64,000 nucleotides of DNA. It comes from Catajapyx aquilonaris. Lineage: Eukaryota. This document shows positions 13,801-28,440 of this stretch, one piece after another. The stretch spans positions 1 through 64,000 of the forward strand of contig KZ538128.1 of the NCBI GenBank assembly GCA_000934665.2. The letters run 5' to 3'. The notes under the pieces are model-generated. The model made no database searches. It was not told the DNA's origin and was given only the letters and a program-made list of their open reading frames with translations. Numbering within the stretch: position 1 is the stretch's first letter; every line of letters starts with the position of its first letter. The translations under genes and the position numbers were made by a program.

Positions 13801-15491
13801 AGTGGTTCATATTGTAAAATTGTTGCCTGATGGATTTTTCCACGTGCCGATAATAAAATATGTGTTAGGCAGTGACGAGTGGTAGATATATTCACGAATG
13901 AAAAATGTGCGGAAAGGATGTTAAATTACAACTGAGTTTTTTTGTTCCTATAATGTATAAGCTCAAATGATCTAACATGCAATCCAATCAGTATCAGTGT
14001 AATTAAACACTTCGAAGTACGTACGCGGCAAAACCATCTGCAAGAGGAAACGGCACTTCGTAGGACCCATTTAAAATATGCATTACTTATGTACGTTTTT
14101 GAAGAAAACATTTTCACTCGTAAAAGAAACTGTTGGATTCCAGTATAAATACGATTCAATTTTATTTTGATATTTAAATAATAAAATAATATGTAAATCC
14201 TCGGTGAAATGTAGAGGGGTGTATACGGGTGTATGAGTTGCCATTAAGCTTGTAATAGCATCGGTTGCGAACGACAACACATGTTTCCTATGCCAATCAC
14301 CCAGACTCGCCCTACCCTTCAGCAGTTTAGCGTATACTACTGCCCTGACGAGGGTGGAATTTCTATCCAACTGCAATGGATTCAATGGAATGAAATGGAT
14401 TTAGGGAGGATGATGTTCATGCATCATACGAAGCAGAAAGAGAACCCTAAATTGATATGAGCAAGGCTTTGACAGTGGTTTTGCTCGGTTCACCTGTTCC
14501 ATTGTGGGCTCTGATATACAGTATTTTCTCAGAATTACATTCAATAGCATAGAAGTAAGTATACCACTGTAAATATGCTGCAATATTTGGCTGGGTTTCT
14601 GATTCACATAATATTATACAAAATTCCGCTTTTACTGAATTTTTCTAGCAATTTTTATCGATTTCTAGAGGGAGCATGCAATCAGAAAACTTGGCACTGC
14701 GTAACGGACAAAAAAACAACAAAAACAACAAAAAATACTCGCAGTGCTTTTGATCTCGTCATTGCGCAGTGGTAGCACTTGTAGTTGGTAACTTGACATT
14801 TCAAGCTACTTTGAAGTACTGGCCCTCGAAACCTTTGACAAAAGATATCAAACATTGACTGAGGCTCAGTGAAGTGGACGATTCTCGTTGAGAGGACGAC
14901 AACATTGTAATGTAGGGAACAAAATTGTTTTCCCATGCAAACGGTTTCTGCTAGTTACCCACGTTATAAATAGAATACAATTAGTCCGTTATACTGTATG
15001 TTACGATTTCAACCATGCAGTTAAAACAATCTCGCGTGTACATTCGACAAGTAATGGTCACATTAAATTTTTTTAAACATTACATACACCACGTAACAGT
15101 CAAACGTGGATGCAACGGTATTTCTATGCCTGTTTTTTCTTTGGAGAGAAAAAGAGATATTGTTCCTGCCTTGTTCCTGCCTTTTGTAATACATACAGTT
15201 CAAGCACATAATCAATACCGTACCGTATCTATAATAGTAGCCTACTTCATGTGGCTTTTGTCTCGTGTTTCCCCGTATCTTCCTCCTGTGCTTCCTCCTC
15301 ATCCTAAAATGAGGATCCGGGGGAAAATGTTCACAAAAACTTTCACAACCCACTGACGGTGTATGTTGTTCCCAGTTTTTGGCATAATTCAACAATAATG
15401 TGCTTAATGTATAACTCTGAACTCACTTTAATATGCTCCATAATATAATGTTTATTCTTCACTGCACTTGAACCTATAGAGAGTACCTGGT

Positions 15492-15599
15492 GTCCAACAA
15501 GAATTGTCGCAAGCGGCAGCGCACGAACTACAGTCTCTCGTATACCTGTGCTCGTAGATTGTAGTTCGTGCGCTGCCGCTGCGACAATTCTTGTTGGAC
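15492..15599. repeat. small palindromic (MITE-like) element
   Basis: About 40-bp inverted arms: gtccaacaagaattgtcgca..gcggcagcgcacgaactaca and its reverse complement. Confidence 0.75.
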
Positions 15600-16903
15600 T
15601 GATAGTACAAGCACCATTTCGAGGAGGTGATCACATTTCACCAAATTGAACATATAGCAGCCATGAAAGCAGCCACACTGACCACTGACTAATGGTTGCA
15701 CTGGTAGTCTGGTAGAGTCCAACTAGAAGCAAATTAATTATTGGCTTCATTTTCGAGTGGCATATATGAGTTCGTCACATAAGAGCTTCCTCATGAGCGA
15801 AATCTCCAATGGTGAACTCGGCGTCGTCGTAAACGCCTCCGAAGGCCAACTGTGGCGCACGCACGGGTCGATCACACCTTGAAGTCAGCAAAGCAGCAAA
15901 GTGACCCAAAACAAGGTCTTGCTGCAATACACACATATTGATATGAGTACCATATCAAGCCGAAAATCAGTGCTATATGATTATTCGTGTTATTTGTCTG
16001 CCGCATGAAAAAATGCACTAATTCCCAGTAAATGGAAAAAATCCTTCCACGTGTACAACAAACAGGTGATATTAAAATAGCTCAAAGTAGTTTGCACTAA
16101 TACAATACTGTATAATTATACGCATTTTGAGGACTGTTAGGAAATTCTGGAGATTGTATTTACATTTTGCTTTCTCACATAAGGTTACATTATTTTTTTA
16201 TTCAATGTTTACTCACATAGGCCTACTGATGAAAAGGCAAATATTGTAGGAAGAATAGGAGAGACAATGACAGAATGAGCAAGTTAGTATTTTTTTGGTA
16301 TTATGAGAAACGGGCGATTTATGGGGCAAAGTTAGTGGACAAAGGGGCAGTTTGAAGTGGAAACGGCGCTATCATTCCACTTACAGAGCGGAAAAAAGCA
16401 CTAAAATTGAAATTGGCTATACTGAGCGTAGGAACATTGCAGTCCATCCAGGTGTCTTCTTACCTTTAGTGGGTATTTATGTGCATAAATTTTCATTTTC
16501 TCCTTATTAACAAACCTTTCTATGCGACCAGAGCAAGCTGTCACATTAGCAGTAAGACCCTCTTCAAAAGACATCCGCATACAGACTGCGGATGCCAGAC
16601 GCTCCAAAGTTTGGAAAGTGCTAGATTAGGCACTCTTTCCTTTATTAATGAATAAGAACATGAGTGCTAAAGTTTCACTGACACTGACTGTGAGTTGGAG
16701 AGTAGAATCCCATCTGAAAGGACATTAATAAATCTCCACGTCCAAAGTGGCTTGGATATGATTGTGCTTACTGCAATGTAAATCTGCTGCTATATAGTTA
16801 CAAGCCTGCAGCATTTTGCCCACTTTCCATATAACCGGAGATTAAACATCTGTTGTTCCTAAACAACTTACTCTAACCGACAATCAATTAATGTAAATTA
16901 GCA

Positions 16904-17179
16904 CCGAAGCAGTGGTGGCGGAGGGGATATGGTATCCGACTGCTAATCGGGAGGTCCTGGGTTCGAATCCCGGTGCCGGCAACTCTAACCGTGGTTTTCT
17001 GTGGTTTCCCACGGTTCCTCCAGGAGAATTCCAGAGTTGTTTCCTAAACTAATAGGCCACAGCCGCCTCCTTCCTTTCCTATCCTATCCCAAAAAGCGCA
17101 GTAAAAACGAAACGAAGAGTTCCAGTCAAAAAAATATATCCCCCCTAAAGAGCCGCCTAACGGGGTATATTTAAAAAAA
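16904..17179 (+). mobile_element. full-length tRNA-derived SINE
   Basis: A box tggcggagggg; B box ggttcgaatcc; arthropod-type core gtggttttc.gtggtttccc...ccagg...taggccacagccgc; A tail; 18-bp TSD aattaatgtaaattagca (16886-16903, 17180-17197). Confidence 0.9.
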
Positions 17180-18950
17180 AATTAATGTAAATTAGCAGCG
17201 TAAGCAACGGTCTGATGCTCAAACAATGCCTCAACAAAAGTAATGCACTCATGCAACTTATAAATTACCACAATTTGAAGTAAGCACACATAATAAGCGA
17301 GATTGTAACTGTTCTCTCCTTAAGTATACCACTAAGCAATCAAAGGCGAAGGAGATGCAAAAATCCGCGCAATAATTCGTAATCAGTCGCACTTTCCAGC
17401 TAGGGATTCTGTTTAATCCCCTTTTGAAGTGTTCTTGCAGGAAATCCTTCCTCTGCATGCTTCCACCAAGTTTCGTTTTTTCTTAGCTTTCATGTGATGG
17501 GTGGAGAATCATTTCCGCCCACTCAGCATGAATGGTCTTCCCACACTGGGTGGTAGACAGTCGGAATGGGGACATGAGTCTCCTAGCGTTACCTGGTAAC
17601 CGTGCAGATTATTGCCACCGAGAAAATGGGATCGATTTGTCACGCCTGGCTGCTTGGATGGAGAGAAGATGTTGAGGGTTGGAGAGACAAGAACTCGTAT
17701 AGTATTTTTAAAATGTGTCTCTCAAGAGCTATTTCTAATTCTGATTGGTTACTGGGATTTGAAAGGTGGCAACTAACTCAAACACCAGTGAACATCTTGT
17801 AATATGTATGACTGATTCGACCACGACTCCAAAATGCATATTGCTGAGACCAATGAAGTAGTTCCCTGGCTATGAAAATGGCACATGAGTACGTGCTATT
17901 CGTAAAGCCTTCCAACTGTCATGGATCGATCCTATAATATGTTGCGTAGGCCGAATACAGTATATGCTCTTCTGACCTCCTATTTTAGGTTGTATAGTGA
18001 CCGAAATGATATTATTTTGAGCACGAAAGTAGGTCGTGCGTAGGTGGGAAAGCCATTGAAATGGTAGGAGGAGCCTAGAGGTGGTGTAATAACATCATAA
18101 TTTGGTTTGAGCGAAAGCAGCTACATGCGAGGATGCACAGTGTAGCTGCTGACGCAAGAGCAGTGTCGCTTATTTGATCTTCCTGGCAAACACGCCGTGA
18201 CTTAATATACATGATCGAAACTTTTTTTTAAGTTTTCTGCAGCCCATATGGTATAGGCCTACACAATCATGTGACTCATGAATAATCCTGCCAGAAATTG
18301 TCGCTGGCTCTGTCTGTTTAATTTGTTGAAGCTTTATGATTAATCGTATATTGCTTGATACATTGTGCCGTTATGGTAGGTGCACAAGGGTTGTTCCGTA
18401 ATTGCTACAGTGATGTTATTGTTGCGCAATTTGAAACAGTATTGTGTTAGGGCGTTAAAGCTTTATAAGCAACTTAATTACATGTGTTAGTACAATATGA
18501 TTGATCAACTCCAATCCTCGTTGATTAACACGTTATGACAATGACAGCATGATGCACAACAGAATAGATTAATGGCACGATGAGATGGATGTAAAGGGGA
18601 GGATGTCACAATTCTATTATTCTTAAAAATTACTATACGTACTTGCATGCATAGGGCAAATTGTAGAAAATCGTTTAAATATATTAGTACCCAGTACATC
18701 AGTACGAAAAAATGCACTACATCAATACCTTATACAAGTACGCCCTTACGTTGTCTTGCTGGTGATTTACTTTTGTGGTCATCTGATTGAAGCCGCATTC
18801 TTTACTTATACCACTTCCCATATCATGTGCACCTATGATAATTGTGACGCATAAAACTCAAGTATTGTTGATGATGTGTGGATATTATGAGTCACAATTA
18901 TATGTGCACATGATATTTATCTATTATTTATTTGTATATTTGGGCCAGGT

Positions 18951-19142
18951 GACCTGGCCCAGGTCCATGGTTTTCTGTGGTTTTCCATGGTCCCCTCCAG
19001 GACAATTCCGAGGTCGTTTCCGTAAAAAATAGGCCACAGCCGCTTCCTTCCTTCCCTATCCCTGGTCCCATCAAATGGTGGTAATCCACCCCCCTAAGGG
19101 AGCCAAAGGCTCTAGCACGGGGTATGATAAATAAATAAATAA
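18951..19142 (+). mobile_element. 5'-truncated SINE (same core as 16904)
   Basis: Shared core; (TAAA)n tail; TSD atatttggg(c/t)caggt at 18936-18950 and 19143-19157. Confidence 0.85.
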
Positions 19143-21448
19143 ATATTTGGGTCAGGTAGTGTAGTCAAAAGTCTCAAAATGTGCTTACACACTCAAGCAA
19201 GTGGTCAGTTAGACACGTTTTAACCTCAGGATATTCTTGTACTCTATTCGCTGGAGCCATTCCCCGAATAATTGGATAACCCTGGGATGGCTCTCTGAAC
19301 CTGACCACAAACAAGCGCCGCACACCGCGTGATTGCATGCGACCTGTGAAACTTTAGGACAATGCTCCCATCATGGCATTTGAAAATTTCACGGTGTTTG
19401 TAAATGCAATTCAAGCCAATAGACAAACTGAACGAACATTCGGCATTTCCGTTTCAAGTTGGAATTAATGCGTAGGCAGCAATAAAATAATGGACAAAAA
19501 AAACACGGATTCGTTCCATACCCTTATGTCAACTGCAGCATGTTGTTCTGCACTGTAGGCGGTTTGCATAATCCGTGGGAAGTTTCGGGGATAGCGCTGG
19601 GGCATGGCCGGGGAGTGTGTGTGGGCAGAAGCACATGAATATTCGCGATAAGCGATGTTTCATGGAGGATTATCATGGGGAAACAGAGCTAATCCGAGAA
19701 TGCTGAGGTATATTGAGACATGAATGCGTTGCATGTTAATTGACTCATTTGAGGCGAGATGAAGCTCCAAATTAACCAGCCCGATATGCGTATCAGGAAT
19801 AATGATAGTGGTCTCCTGTGAATGTCCAAGTTGCATTGTTCAATTATTCTGTGATTTTCATGCCCCATCCCTGTCTCCCTACCTCGTTATATATTTTTAA
19901 TGGCGAAGTTCAATGTTCGCCTGCGTCATCATCGTTGCCATTAGAGTTGGTCCATAAAGGATATGGCACCGCTTTTGACTTAGCGTGACGTCACTCTTGA
20001 ATATAGTAATAAAACAATGGAAATCATACATTTAACGGTAATTTGAGTGAATTATTGTGCAATATTGAAGGAAATATTGCGTCATTCACGGATTCCCAGT
20101 TGTGTACGTACTATACTGTACGTAGCCCAACGGTGCATATTCCGTGTATTTCCAAATAGCGCTCATCAATATCGGCGAATCTCGAGGACTTGCCTCAGTT
20201 GGAGTATCGCTATACATAACACTGTATACGAGTCGAACTTGAAGGTAAGGCCACAGAAGTGATGCGATGATGAGCCAGAAATGAGATAGAGTCCTGGAGA
20301 TTTTTGCCGTTACGGAATTGAGCTAAAGTCTGAAGCCCACGGGTATACCCTTCACCTAAAGGGATCCATATGTGTGATGGAAAAAAAAAATCCAAAATGG
20401 AGAGGAGGGACACAGCAGCATGACGTAGGCTAGTTATTGGAGGATGGGTCTGGGCACTGGGAGTATATACTAGCCTATAGAAAACAAGGCAGCATACAGT
20501 TACGACCCCAAATATATTTGGTGTGGCACTAACAGTGCACTTTAGTAAATATTTTTACTCTGTTAAGAACGAGTAGCACTCAAACGTTAAGGTCCTAATC
20601 CGAGACAAGTACAGGATGCAATCTTGTTAAATCTCCATTCCTCTCAGCCTCTGAAGCACCACACCAAATGCCTGATGATATGTACGTTAATTCAATGGCG
20701 GTTTAGCCGGATTTTCACCCTTCAAAGTACACCGTTTGATGATACTGAATTTCAGCAAAAAAACGGCCAAATTGCCAGGCGCTTAGAGCAGATAGTTATA
20801 AATCGGACGTCAATGTAATCGGATTTGACAGATTGACTGGGTGCTCACCCGGCTTATATGTGCCATTACTACTTGGCATAATTGCAAAAGTGATCCTATG
20901 CTATTGATTTATACTACGCGCAACCTGTCCCGTGTGAACATTATGCATCAATAGCATATTATTGCTGCTACACTTCTTATTTGTCCAAATGAGCCGGTGT
21001 AGTATTCTATACTGTAATTTGATGACCTTTTCGCAACGAGATAAAAAATGTGCCAACTGTAAAATGTAATACAAAATTATTTGACTTATTTTCATGCGTA
21101 TTCTTGGGTAGCTGAGACACTCTCACGCGTATACTATGAAGCAAAAGTCATTGTTGGCATATTACAATTTTCAACCATACTGATCGATGAAAATCTGGCA
21201 AGTAAATCCTACGTCAGATCCAGTTGGATGTATTTTACCCAGTAGAATAAAAATAAAGCTGTCCTTTTCCCTTACGGGATTTGCGAAGTGCTTATGAAAT
21301 TATTAATAGGTACATGATGTTTCTCATCCCAAGTTGATTAATCTGGCTGTCCTACTTCGATAGTTATAACTTATAAGAGCTTCTCCTGCAATGCAAAATA
21401 TTGAAAGGTATCTGAACGCATGTAGTATATATACTATACCGGTATATA

Positions 21449-21774
21449 CAGGGTGTTTCAACTTTTTGTCCGAACAGTTATCGGAAAATTGCACGTAGCT
21501 GCTACTTTGTAAGCAGTGACTTGCAAACGGTGCTCTTTCGGAGGAACGGGGAATATTCCCTGCGAATCGTAGGTTGAAGTGGCAGACGTGCTGCCCGCTG
21601 AAAATTGAGGGTCGAGCCTGGAAAACAGGGTCACACATCCCATGGCATGTGTGACCCTCTTTTTCCCAGTCCCCATTCCTTCGACAAATGACCGTTTGCA
21701 AGTCACTGCTTACAAAGTAGCAGCTACGTGCAATTTTCCGATAACTGTTCGGACAAAAAAGTTGAAACACCCTG
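21449..21774. mobile_element. Tc1/mariner-type MITE
   Basis: About 80-bp near-perfect TIRs beginning CAGGGTGTTTCAAC; TA TSD. Confidence 0.9.
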
Positions 21775-22222
21775 TATACTGTATAGATACTACATACCGG
21801 TACTTATTGAGGGTTGCTTTGACATGTAGCAATACTGTGATTGAAGTTTCAATCCATACAGCCAACGGAAAGACATGCAAGGCTTTGAAGTAGGTGTTCC
21901 TTAAATGCTTAGAAGAACCTCTTCAAGTTAAATTACCTTTTTCTTCTCTATTGTAGAAAGACCCTTAAGCGCTACTGTAGGCACGTTTACTGTATAACAA
22001 AGAAAGGTTTGTACTGCTCTTCTTTGACTTGATTTGGACTTGCCATGCTTTATTCTTATTTGTATTTTGCAACAGTGTTTTGTCTTCCAGCTGTAAGTCG
22101 AAAATGAATACAAAATTCATAGCATATGCCACGTGTAGCATATTTATCAGTGTATGAAAATACTGGAACTATGAGGCTGCTGTACTATACGAACCTGATT
22201 ACTTTAATTATTGTCTTTTCAG

Positions 22223-22296
22223 AACTTCTCCTGGCAGTGTGTGCCACCTCGCCGGCCAGATTCTGGACACCTGTTGCACTGTCCTAATGGAAGACT
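22223..22296 (+). other. candidate 5' UTR exon of the neurensin gene
   Basis: Strong acceptor ttgtcttttcag and donor GTAAGT bracket a 74-nt GC-richer segment; no transcript evidence. Confidence 0.35.
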
Positions 22297-25200
22297 GTAA
22301 GTTTTGGTGATTCATGAGGCCTTTTCTATTTGATTTAACTCGTGCTGCACCATTCCTTATGTAAATTATGTAAAACTAGCCGACAGCACCGCGTATTCTC
22401 CAGATGGAAGTAAACACCCATTTGGCGGAATATCCCAGACGTGCTGTACAGTAGAGGTGCTCAAGTTACTATCTCCTTCGATATACACAAGTATATTCGG
22501 AGTACCTCGAAATTGTTATGTTCATTAGCGGTGCTTGTCAAAGGAAAATGTTGCCCTAATGTAACTCTGTGTGGTACAGAATACTACAAGATTCGTCAAG
22601 ATGAGAATTCTCCCAATGGCTTACAAAGCCGACAAAGGGTCCTTCCCACGATTGCTTCTACTATATCTCCCTCTATAATTTTTAATGGAAGTTGTTCCGA
22701 ATAATATTAGATGAAAAACTGATATTCTGTTTTTAAAAATAGGCCTATCTGCTGTCTGAGCACTGAGTGAAAACTTGAGCTTGAAATGGCTGCAGGATGT
22801 GCTGGGAACCTGGCAGAATAGTTTTAATTTTAATTTCCATGACAGTTTCAGATAATTGATAATTTCTTGGGTCTCATATTGTTCACGGACAATAAGTTGA
22901 ATTAAATTGAAAATGCTCATATGATGCTCAATAGATGTAATAACCCAATTTTAAGTGTTGCCAACATTGCTCAATCAGCATTTATTTTATTGTCGGATTC
23001 AGTGAGAAACATAAAACTCCAAAAATTAGTCATCATCTGATACCATGGTGATAAAAATTCGAATTCGAATTCTGCCAGGTTCCTAGCACCACCTGTGGCC
23101 ATTAAAATGCGCTGTTCAAAACCACGTTTTGACTAAAAACTGAGTTTCACTTTTCACCCAGGCCAAATATTGTTAAGAACAACTACGTCCCATAAACATT
23201 ACCATGGGCGATGGCAAATTCAATCATGGAAGAGATCCTTTATGTTGCATTAGAATAGGCGACATTTAAAGAATCCCCCAGTCCCTCTAAATAGAAAAAC
23301 GTCCCTTCAATAATATGATGGAAATGATGAACCCTATATCCGTTACTCTGAAATGAGTGCAGCAACCACACCGCTGACTGCAAGCCGAAAATGTCCGCTA
23401 CAACGAGCACTTTCATACACTGAACGTCCAAACATCACTGCTGAGTCCGTTACTTGAACCGACTCTGACAAATTGGCAGCATACCCAATTTTCCGATATG
23501 ATGTGGTGCATTCACGTGTAAGGGCGTTGCCGAAAACAGCTTATCCAGGTATCGGATTTTTGCTCAATGTGTGCAAAATTGAAAATTCAGGGTGGTAGGA
23601 TTAGGAGTAATGGTATAGCCTTGGTGATCTCTCGACTCCAGGTTCAGTCGATTTGACCCCTCGGGTCAGATTAGGTTAGCTGTTGCGATTCCCCCTGAAA
23701 TCAAATTATTATGGGCCAGCTCTTGGTATCGTGTATTCTTGTCTCACTCTGAAGGAGATGGCACAGTACAGGCGATTCGATTCAATAAAACCTTTCCGAT
23801 AGGTGTATAGGTGTGAGATTGGGTATTGCAGTGCTGCTTAGAGGTAAAGGCGTGAAGCTATGACTATATTTTGTGCTATACTTTACAGATGGGGGTACAA
23901 TTTATGGCCGATATGGTTGAATTTATGCTGGTGTTAGATGTGCCAAAAGATGGAGAGAGATTCCCATATTCAACGTAGGCATGAAATAATGTACGCAAAT
24001 GGGCACACTGTAGAATACTAAATTAGCATGTTATTTTAGTCTGGTATACTGGCTGATGAATTTTGAGACGAGAAGAGTTCATAACAAGATACATCAGAAC
24101 GTTAGTTTTGTTTATAATTAGCCAAATGGCCCACATGTTTATTTTCATGAGTTAGTAAGGGTTTTTTTCTTCTTTTTACGTGAGGTTCCGATTTGCCAAC
24201 ACTTTTAAAAATAGAACATTGAATCAAAACAGGCCAATGTTTAAACCATTGCCTTATAAACGTGATATATTTGTTTATGCCAAGCTATAAATTATTGAGT
24301 CTAGGCCAACATTGCAGATAGGAGAGAAATAACGCTTAAATCCTAGAAGATAAAGTTTCCTTCAACGCAGAGGCAAAATAGTGTATCCCTTTAATCCGAC
24401 AGAAAATGCGTCCTGGCGCTTTTATTGCTATACGCCTCGATTTACGAGCCAACCATACGCAGAGATTCAATCTCATGCTTTTATAGTCAAGCTACGTGGA
24501 AGCCGCATAGGAGGCGATTGATTAGTCGCCCTGTAATTCCAAAACCAATCTCTATCATGGTTTATGACAACGTACGAAGCCATGTCTGTCCAATGGATAG
24601 ACAACAACATTTTCCAATAATTAAAAGAGTGGAAATTTGAAACTCGTGATTTCGGAACACAACTGAAAGAATTAATAACGCTTTATACATACAGTACGTC
24701 AAAAGCTTCATATAGCTATATTACTAGATCTGACACAGTTTGCAAAGAGTGAGACAGTGACTACCGCAGTTTTTCGGATAATGCGGAGAAAACTTTTTCT
24801 CAGCCTGCCGTTCATTCAACAAACTACTATAGGTCTACAACTAGCTTGCATGAGTGGTTTTTTGTGTTTATTGGAGACAGGAGAAAAAAAGTATAAGTCA
24901 CACGTGGTGCTGCGTAGCTTTGTTATATACCATAGTGGCATATTTAAAATAACAAAAAAGCGTTCCAAAAAGGTGGTGAAAATATTACATACTTTACTTC
25001 ACATTACAACTTTTCTCTATAAGTAATGGTGCCAGTAATATCAGGAAACAGCAAGCATTTGGCCGTACAAAAATACAATGCTGCACTAAAACATAACTCA
25101 GGTGTGAAGAGTTGCACCATATTTTATCAAGCACATAATCTCACAGGAGGACTTTCATCACTCCCAAAATTATGGGATGGATTATGTGAACAAGTAGATT

Positions 25201-28098
25201 TTATAAAGATGGAGTGTGGCAGTTGCTTTCGAGAATTGCAATAAAGCAGCATTTTTACTCCAAGCCCTCCTGCACACAAAAAAATATAGTGGGATAATCA
25301 AATATAGCCTGCTCCACTCAGAATTTGTTTTTCATCCAAAATTCTGCGAGCAGTTCAATTATCCTGACCGTGTACCAGACGCCGTGCTAAGTTGAAAGTT
25401 GACAACTTTTGAACCTATCCCGTTGAGCCCTTTCATTATAAATTAGCTATAACCCTCAGAGGGCACGGATTTCAGATTATGGAGATGTGTGCCTACAACC
25501 TTGACCTTTCCGGAGGGAACGTTCCTATTAAGTACATTTAAAAAATGAATTGGCCTACCCCTAAGCCAAACTTAATCACCAGCATTGAACTCCAAGGGTG
25601 TGTAAATCTTGAGCATGTGAAAAGTGGACCCTAGAGCTATTCAATACTATGAAAGTTGGCAAGACGCCCACGTCTCCTTTTGGACAGGAAACTATGGTAG
25701 GAATTTCAAGCTTGGAAAGTTCCCTTCTTTGTATGGACGCAGTGCAGTGGGTGTCAAAAGGGTCAGACCAAGTCCATTCTGCCTTCTAAACTAGGCCTCC
25801 CACTTTGCAAGGGATCCAGTCTCATTTCCTAATTGACACCATGAAGAAGCCGACTTTCGTATCGGCCACTCATTATAATTCTGGTGAGCATGCACACCGT
25901 GAGTTGTGAGGTGAGGAGAAAGCCCTTTAATTAAGTCTGAAGACTGCAAAGTCAGCCGTAAGATGGCATAATTATTGTGGTCAGGGCATACGGAAATTGG
26001 TCCTCACAAAGTCATGTTTGCAACCCACAAAGTGCTTGACAGCAGTTGACGTACAAGTATTCCTCCACATCAGTCAGCGATAGTCTAAAGTGCATAGACT
26101 TGCAGGGTTTGGTATAGTATGAACAGCTTGAGGCGAATCTTGAATATCTGGTGATGCGGACACTGACGGAGAGCATAAAGTAAACAGAGGCAGAATGCTG
26201 ACTCAGCAAGAAAATACCTTCCAGCAGCAGGGATCATGCCATCATTACCGTCTGAAGGAAAAGCTACGTATTTGAGAAGGGTTATCTCTATGAGAGGAGT
26301 TAGTTGAGGTCCTGTTATTCTCAAAACTTCCGCGGAGTCCTACGGGGCACCGCGGAGCACAGTTTGGGAATCACTGGACTATAGTGATTCATATTAGCAG
26401 AGAAAAATGTCCTTCGTAATTCCAAATCAGGCACTCTCCTGATGATATTTTTTTGTGGAGTGAACTATATAGGTTTCTTGGTTTTTATTGTTGCTGCGTC
26501 GCCCCCGAGAACGTAGTAATTATGTTATGAATCAGGTTCTATTTTCAGCCGCTCTTTATAGTACATTGGTGTTAACTTGGGACAGATTGTTCCCCGAGCA
26601 AAAAGCACTGTACTAAGGTTTCTGCTGTGGGAGAGATTTAATATGGTTAGATGAGGCTTCCTAATCTCTCAACTAGGAAATTGCCGGAAGAGATTGTTAT
26701 TTTTGTGGGGCTTGGGGAAAAGTGAAACTAGGTCTGTGCGCTTGGCCTACATTTGTTACCAGATGCAGCTTCGGTTTTTTCTTTCACATAGTAGTCAGCT
26801 TAAAATGCAGGAAAACTGTCGTCATCCCGGAAAAAAGGGCCGAGAGTGTTGCAAGTACCCACGAGAATTTCAGACAAGTAAATAATCTAGCGGCTTGGAT
26901 ACTTTATCTACAGTATCACACGATTTAGTGTCGAAATTTAAATTTAATGGATGTATTTCATCATTAGAATGTACTAAGGCTTATCCAACGAACTGCGTTG
27001 AAAATATCTACGATTTTGTAATGTAAAAAAGGTCAATGTATATAGGCCTACAAAATTTTGTGTGCAGTACAGTCATGCACGATTAATCCGTAAGATTTAA
27101 AAAAACAGGGACGGACTGTACCGAATATTGATTGGACTCTCTGTAATGTACTGCCTCCAGGGTGACACGGTTGGAAGAACCAGAAGCTGCAATTAATTAA
27201 TTGCAAACTATGAGATACTTTGCATGCTTCTGCTCCCACCGTGGGAGTTTTGATGGGTGGGGTCGATTTTCCCATGTCGGGGCATACTGGAATGGTAGAG
27301 AGGATAAAGTAGCGGACTAATATGCTCTGAAATAAGGAGGACATCCGTTCTGGGTTGCGCTATATGAAACGGGCTTCTAAGTAAGGATTAGAGTGGGATA
27401 AGGGGGGTCAATATGTGTCCTGTCAATCTATCAGTTCTTCGACCAGTTCCATTTTAAGACGAAACTTTTGAGGGTTTTCACTGGGTGACTCAATTTTGTA
27501 CGATGTTTTCATAAATAACAGAGTCTAGCTTGTTATGCATTCAAGCAAAATTCTTTTCACCATATTCTATACTTACTCCTTCAGAGGCAAGTGCACCGTG
27601 TATGACATTACAACGATCAAATGGGATAATCATTATGATTCTGATCGTAATAACACATTTTTGTTGGAAACCACAATACAGTACGGTACAGATTTATGTA
27701 GAGTTTACTGATTATAACGTTGAGTAGTGCCCTTTTATTCCAACCTGCAAGAGTGGTCGATATTGTGACGTGACCTATCTGCTCATGCTTATCACTTGGT
27801 TCATGTTCATGCATTTTAGGACACGAAGAAATCGCAAATTAGTGTTGGCACTTTCATCATCCTTAATGTAAAGATTGCTTTTGTGTTTTTCCCCCACGCC
27901 TTTATGAATATTATACGGAATGAAAGAAACCCAAACACTTTTGGGATGTGACTGAATGTGTCCGCATCTTTCTGCTATAGTGAAACGTTGGTGAAACCCT
28001 TTATTATAGCAACATTAAGACTCTTTCACCTCCAGCCCAAGAGATGTCCGCGCAATAGGCGTCCTGATCAAGAACCCTTGACGACGACAATCACCATC

Positions 28099-28440
28099 AT
28101 GGACAATGAAGGCACAAAGGCCAACAATACGAAATCGCCCCCTTCAATCGTAAAACAGCCGGAATCCAGCGCTGGCGATGAGACTCCCAAGCGACAAAAC
28201 CCATTCGACAAGGAAGAGGCGAAATCCGAAATTGAGATGGAAATGAAGGAAGAAGATGCGGGGGAGGACAAGGTGGATTCGGCTGATCCGGTTCCGGAGC
28301 AGCAGCAAGTGGCGGAAAAGCCATCAGAGGGAGATCCAAGCAAACCTTGCGCCATTTACTTCGGAGTCAAGAGCTATCTACATCACTTCTACGAGGTCGT
28401 TTCTGTCAAGAACCCTAACCTTTACGAGGAGTGCTCGCAG
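28099..28440 (+). CDS. NRSN1: Neurensin-1-like (Vmp), first coding exon
   Basis: MDNEGTK...YFGVKSYLHHFYE matches the neurensin GVRSYLHxFYE signature; acceptor at 28035 upstream; phase-0 donor cag|GTGAGT at 28441. Confidence 0.9.

Noticed and set aside
16904..16980. tRNA genes (also at 47735, 53910, 61030, 62020)
   Set aside because: A and B boxes are present but there is no proper cloverleaf; most continue into SINE bodies with tails and TSDs
21324..21893. Overlapping ORFs on both strands
   Set aside because: Artefact of the long TIRs of a MITE
27958..28098. GTG-initiated N-terminal extension of neurensin from the ORF track
   Set aside because: It crosses the splice acceptor at 28035; the eukaryotic start is ATG 28099
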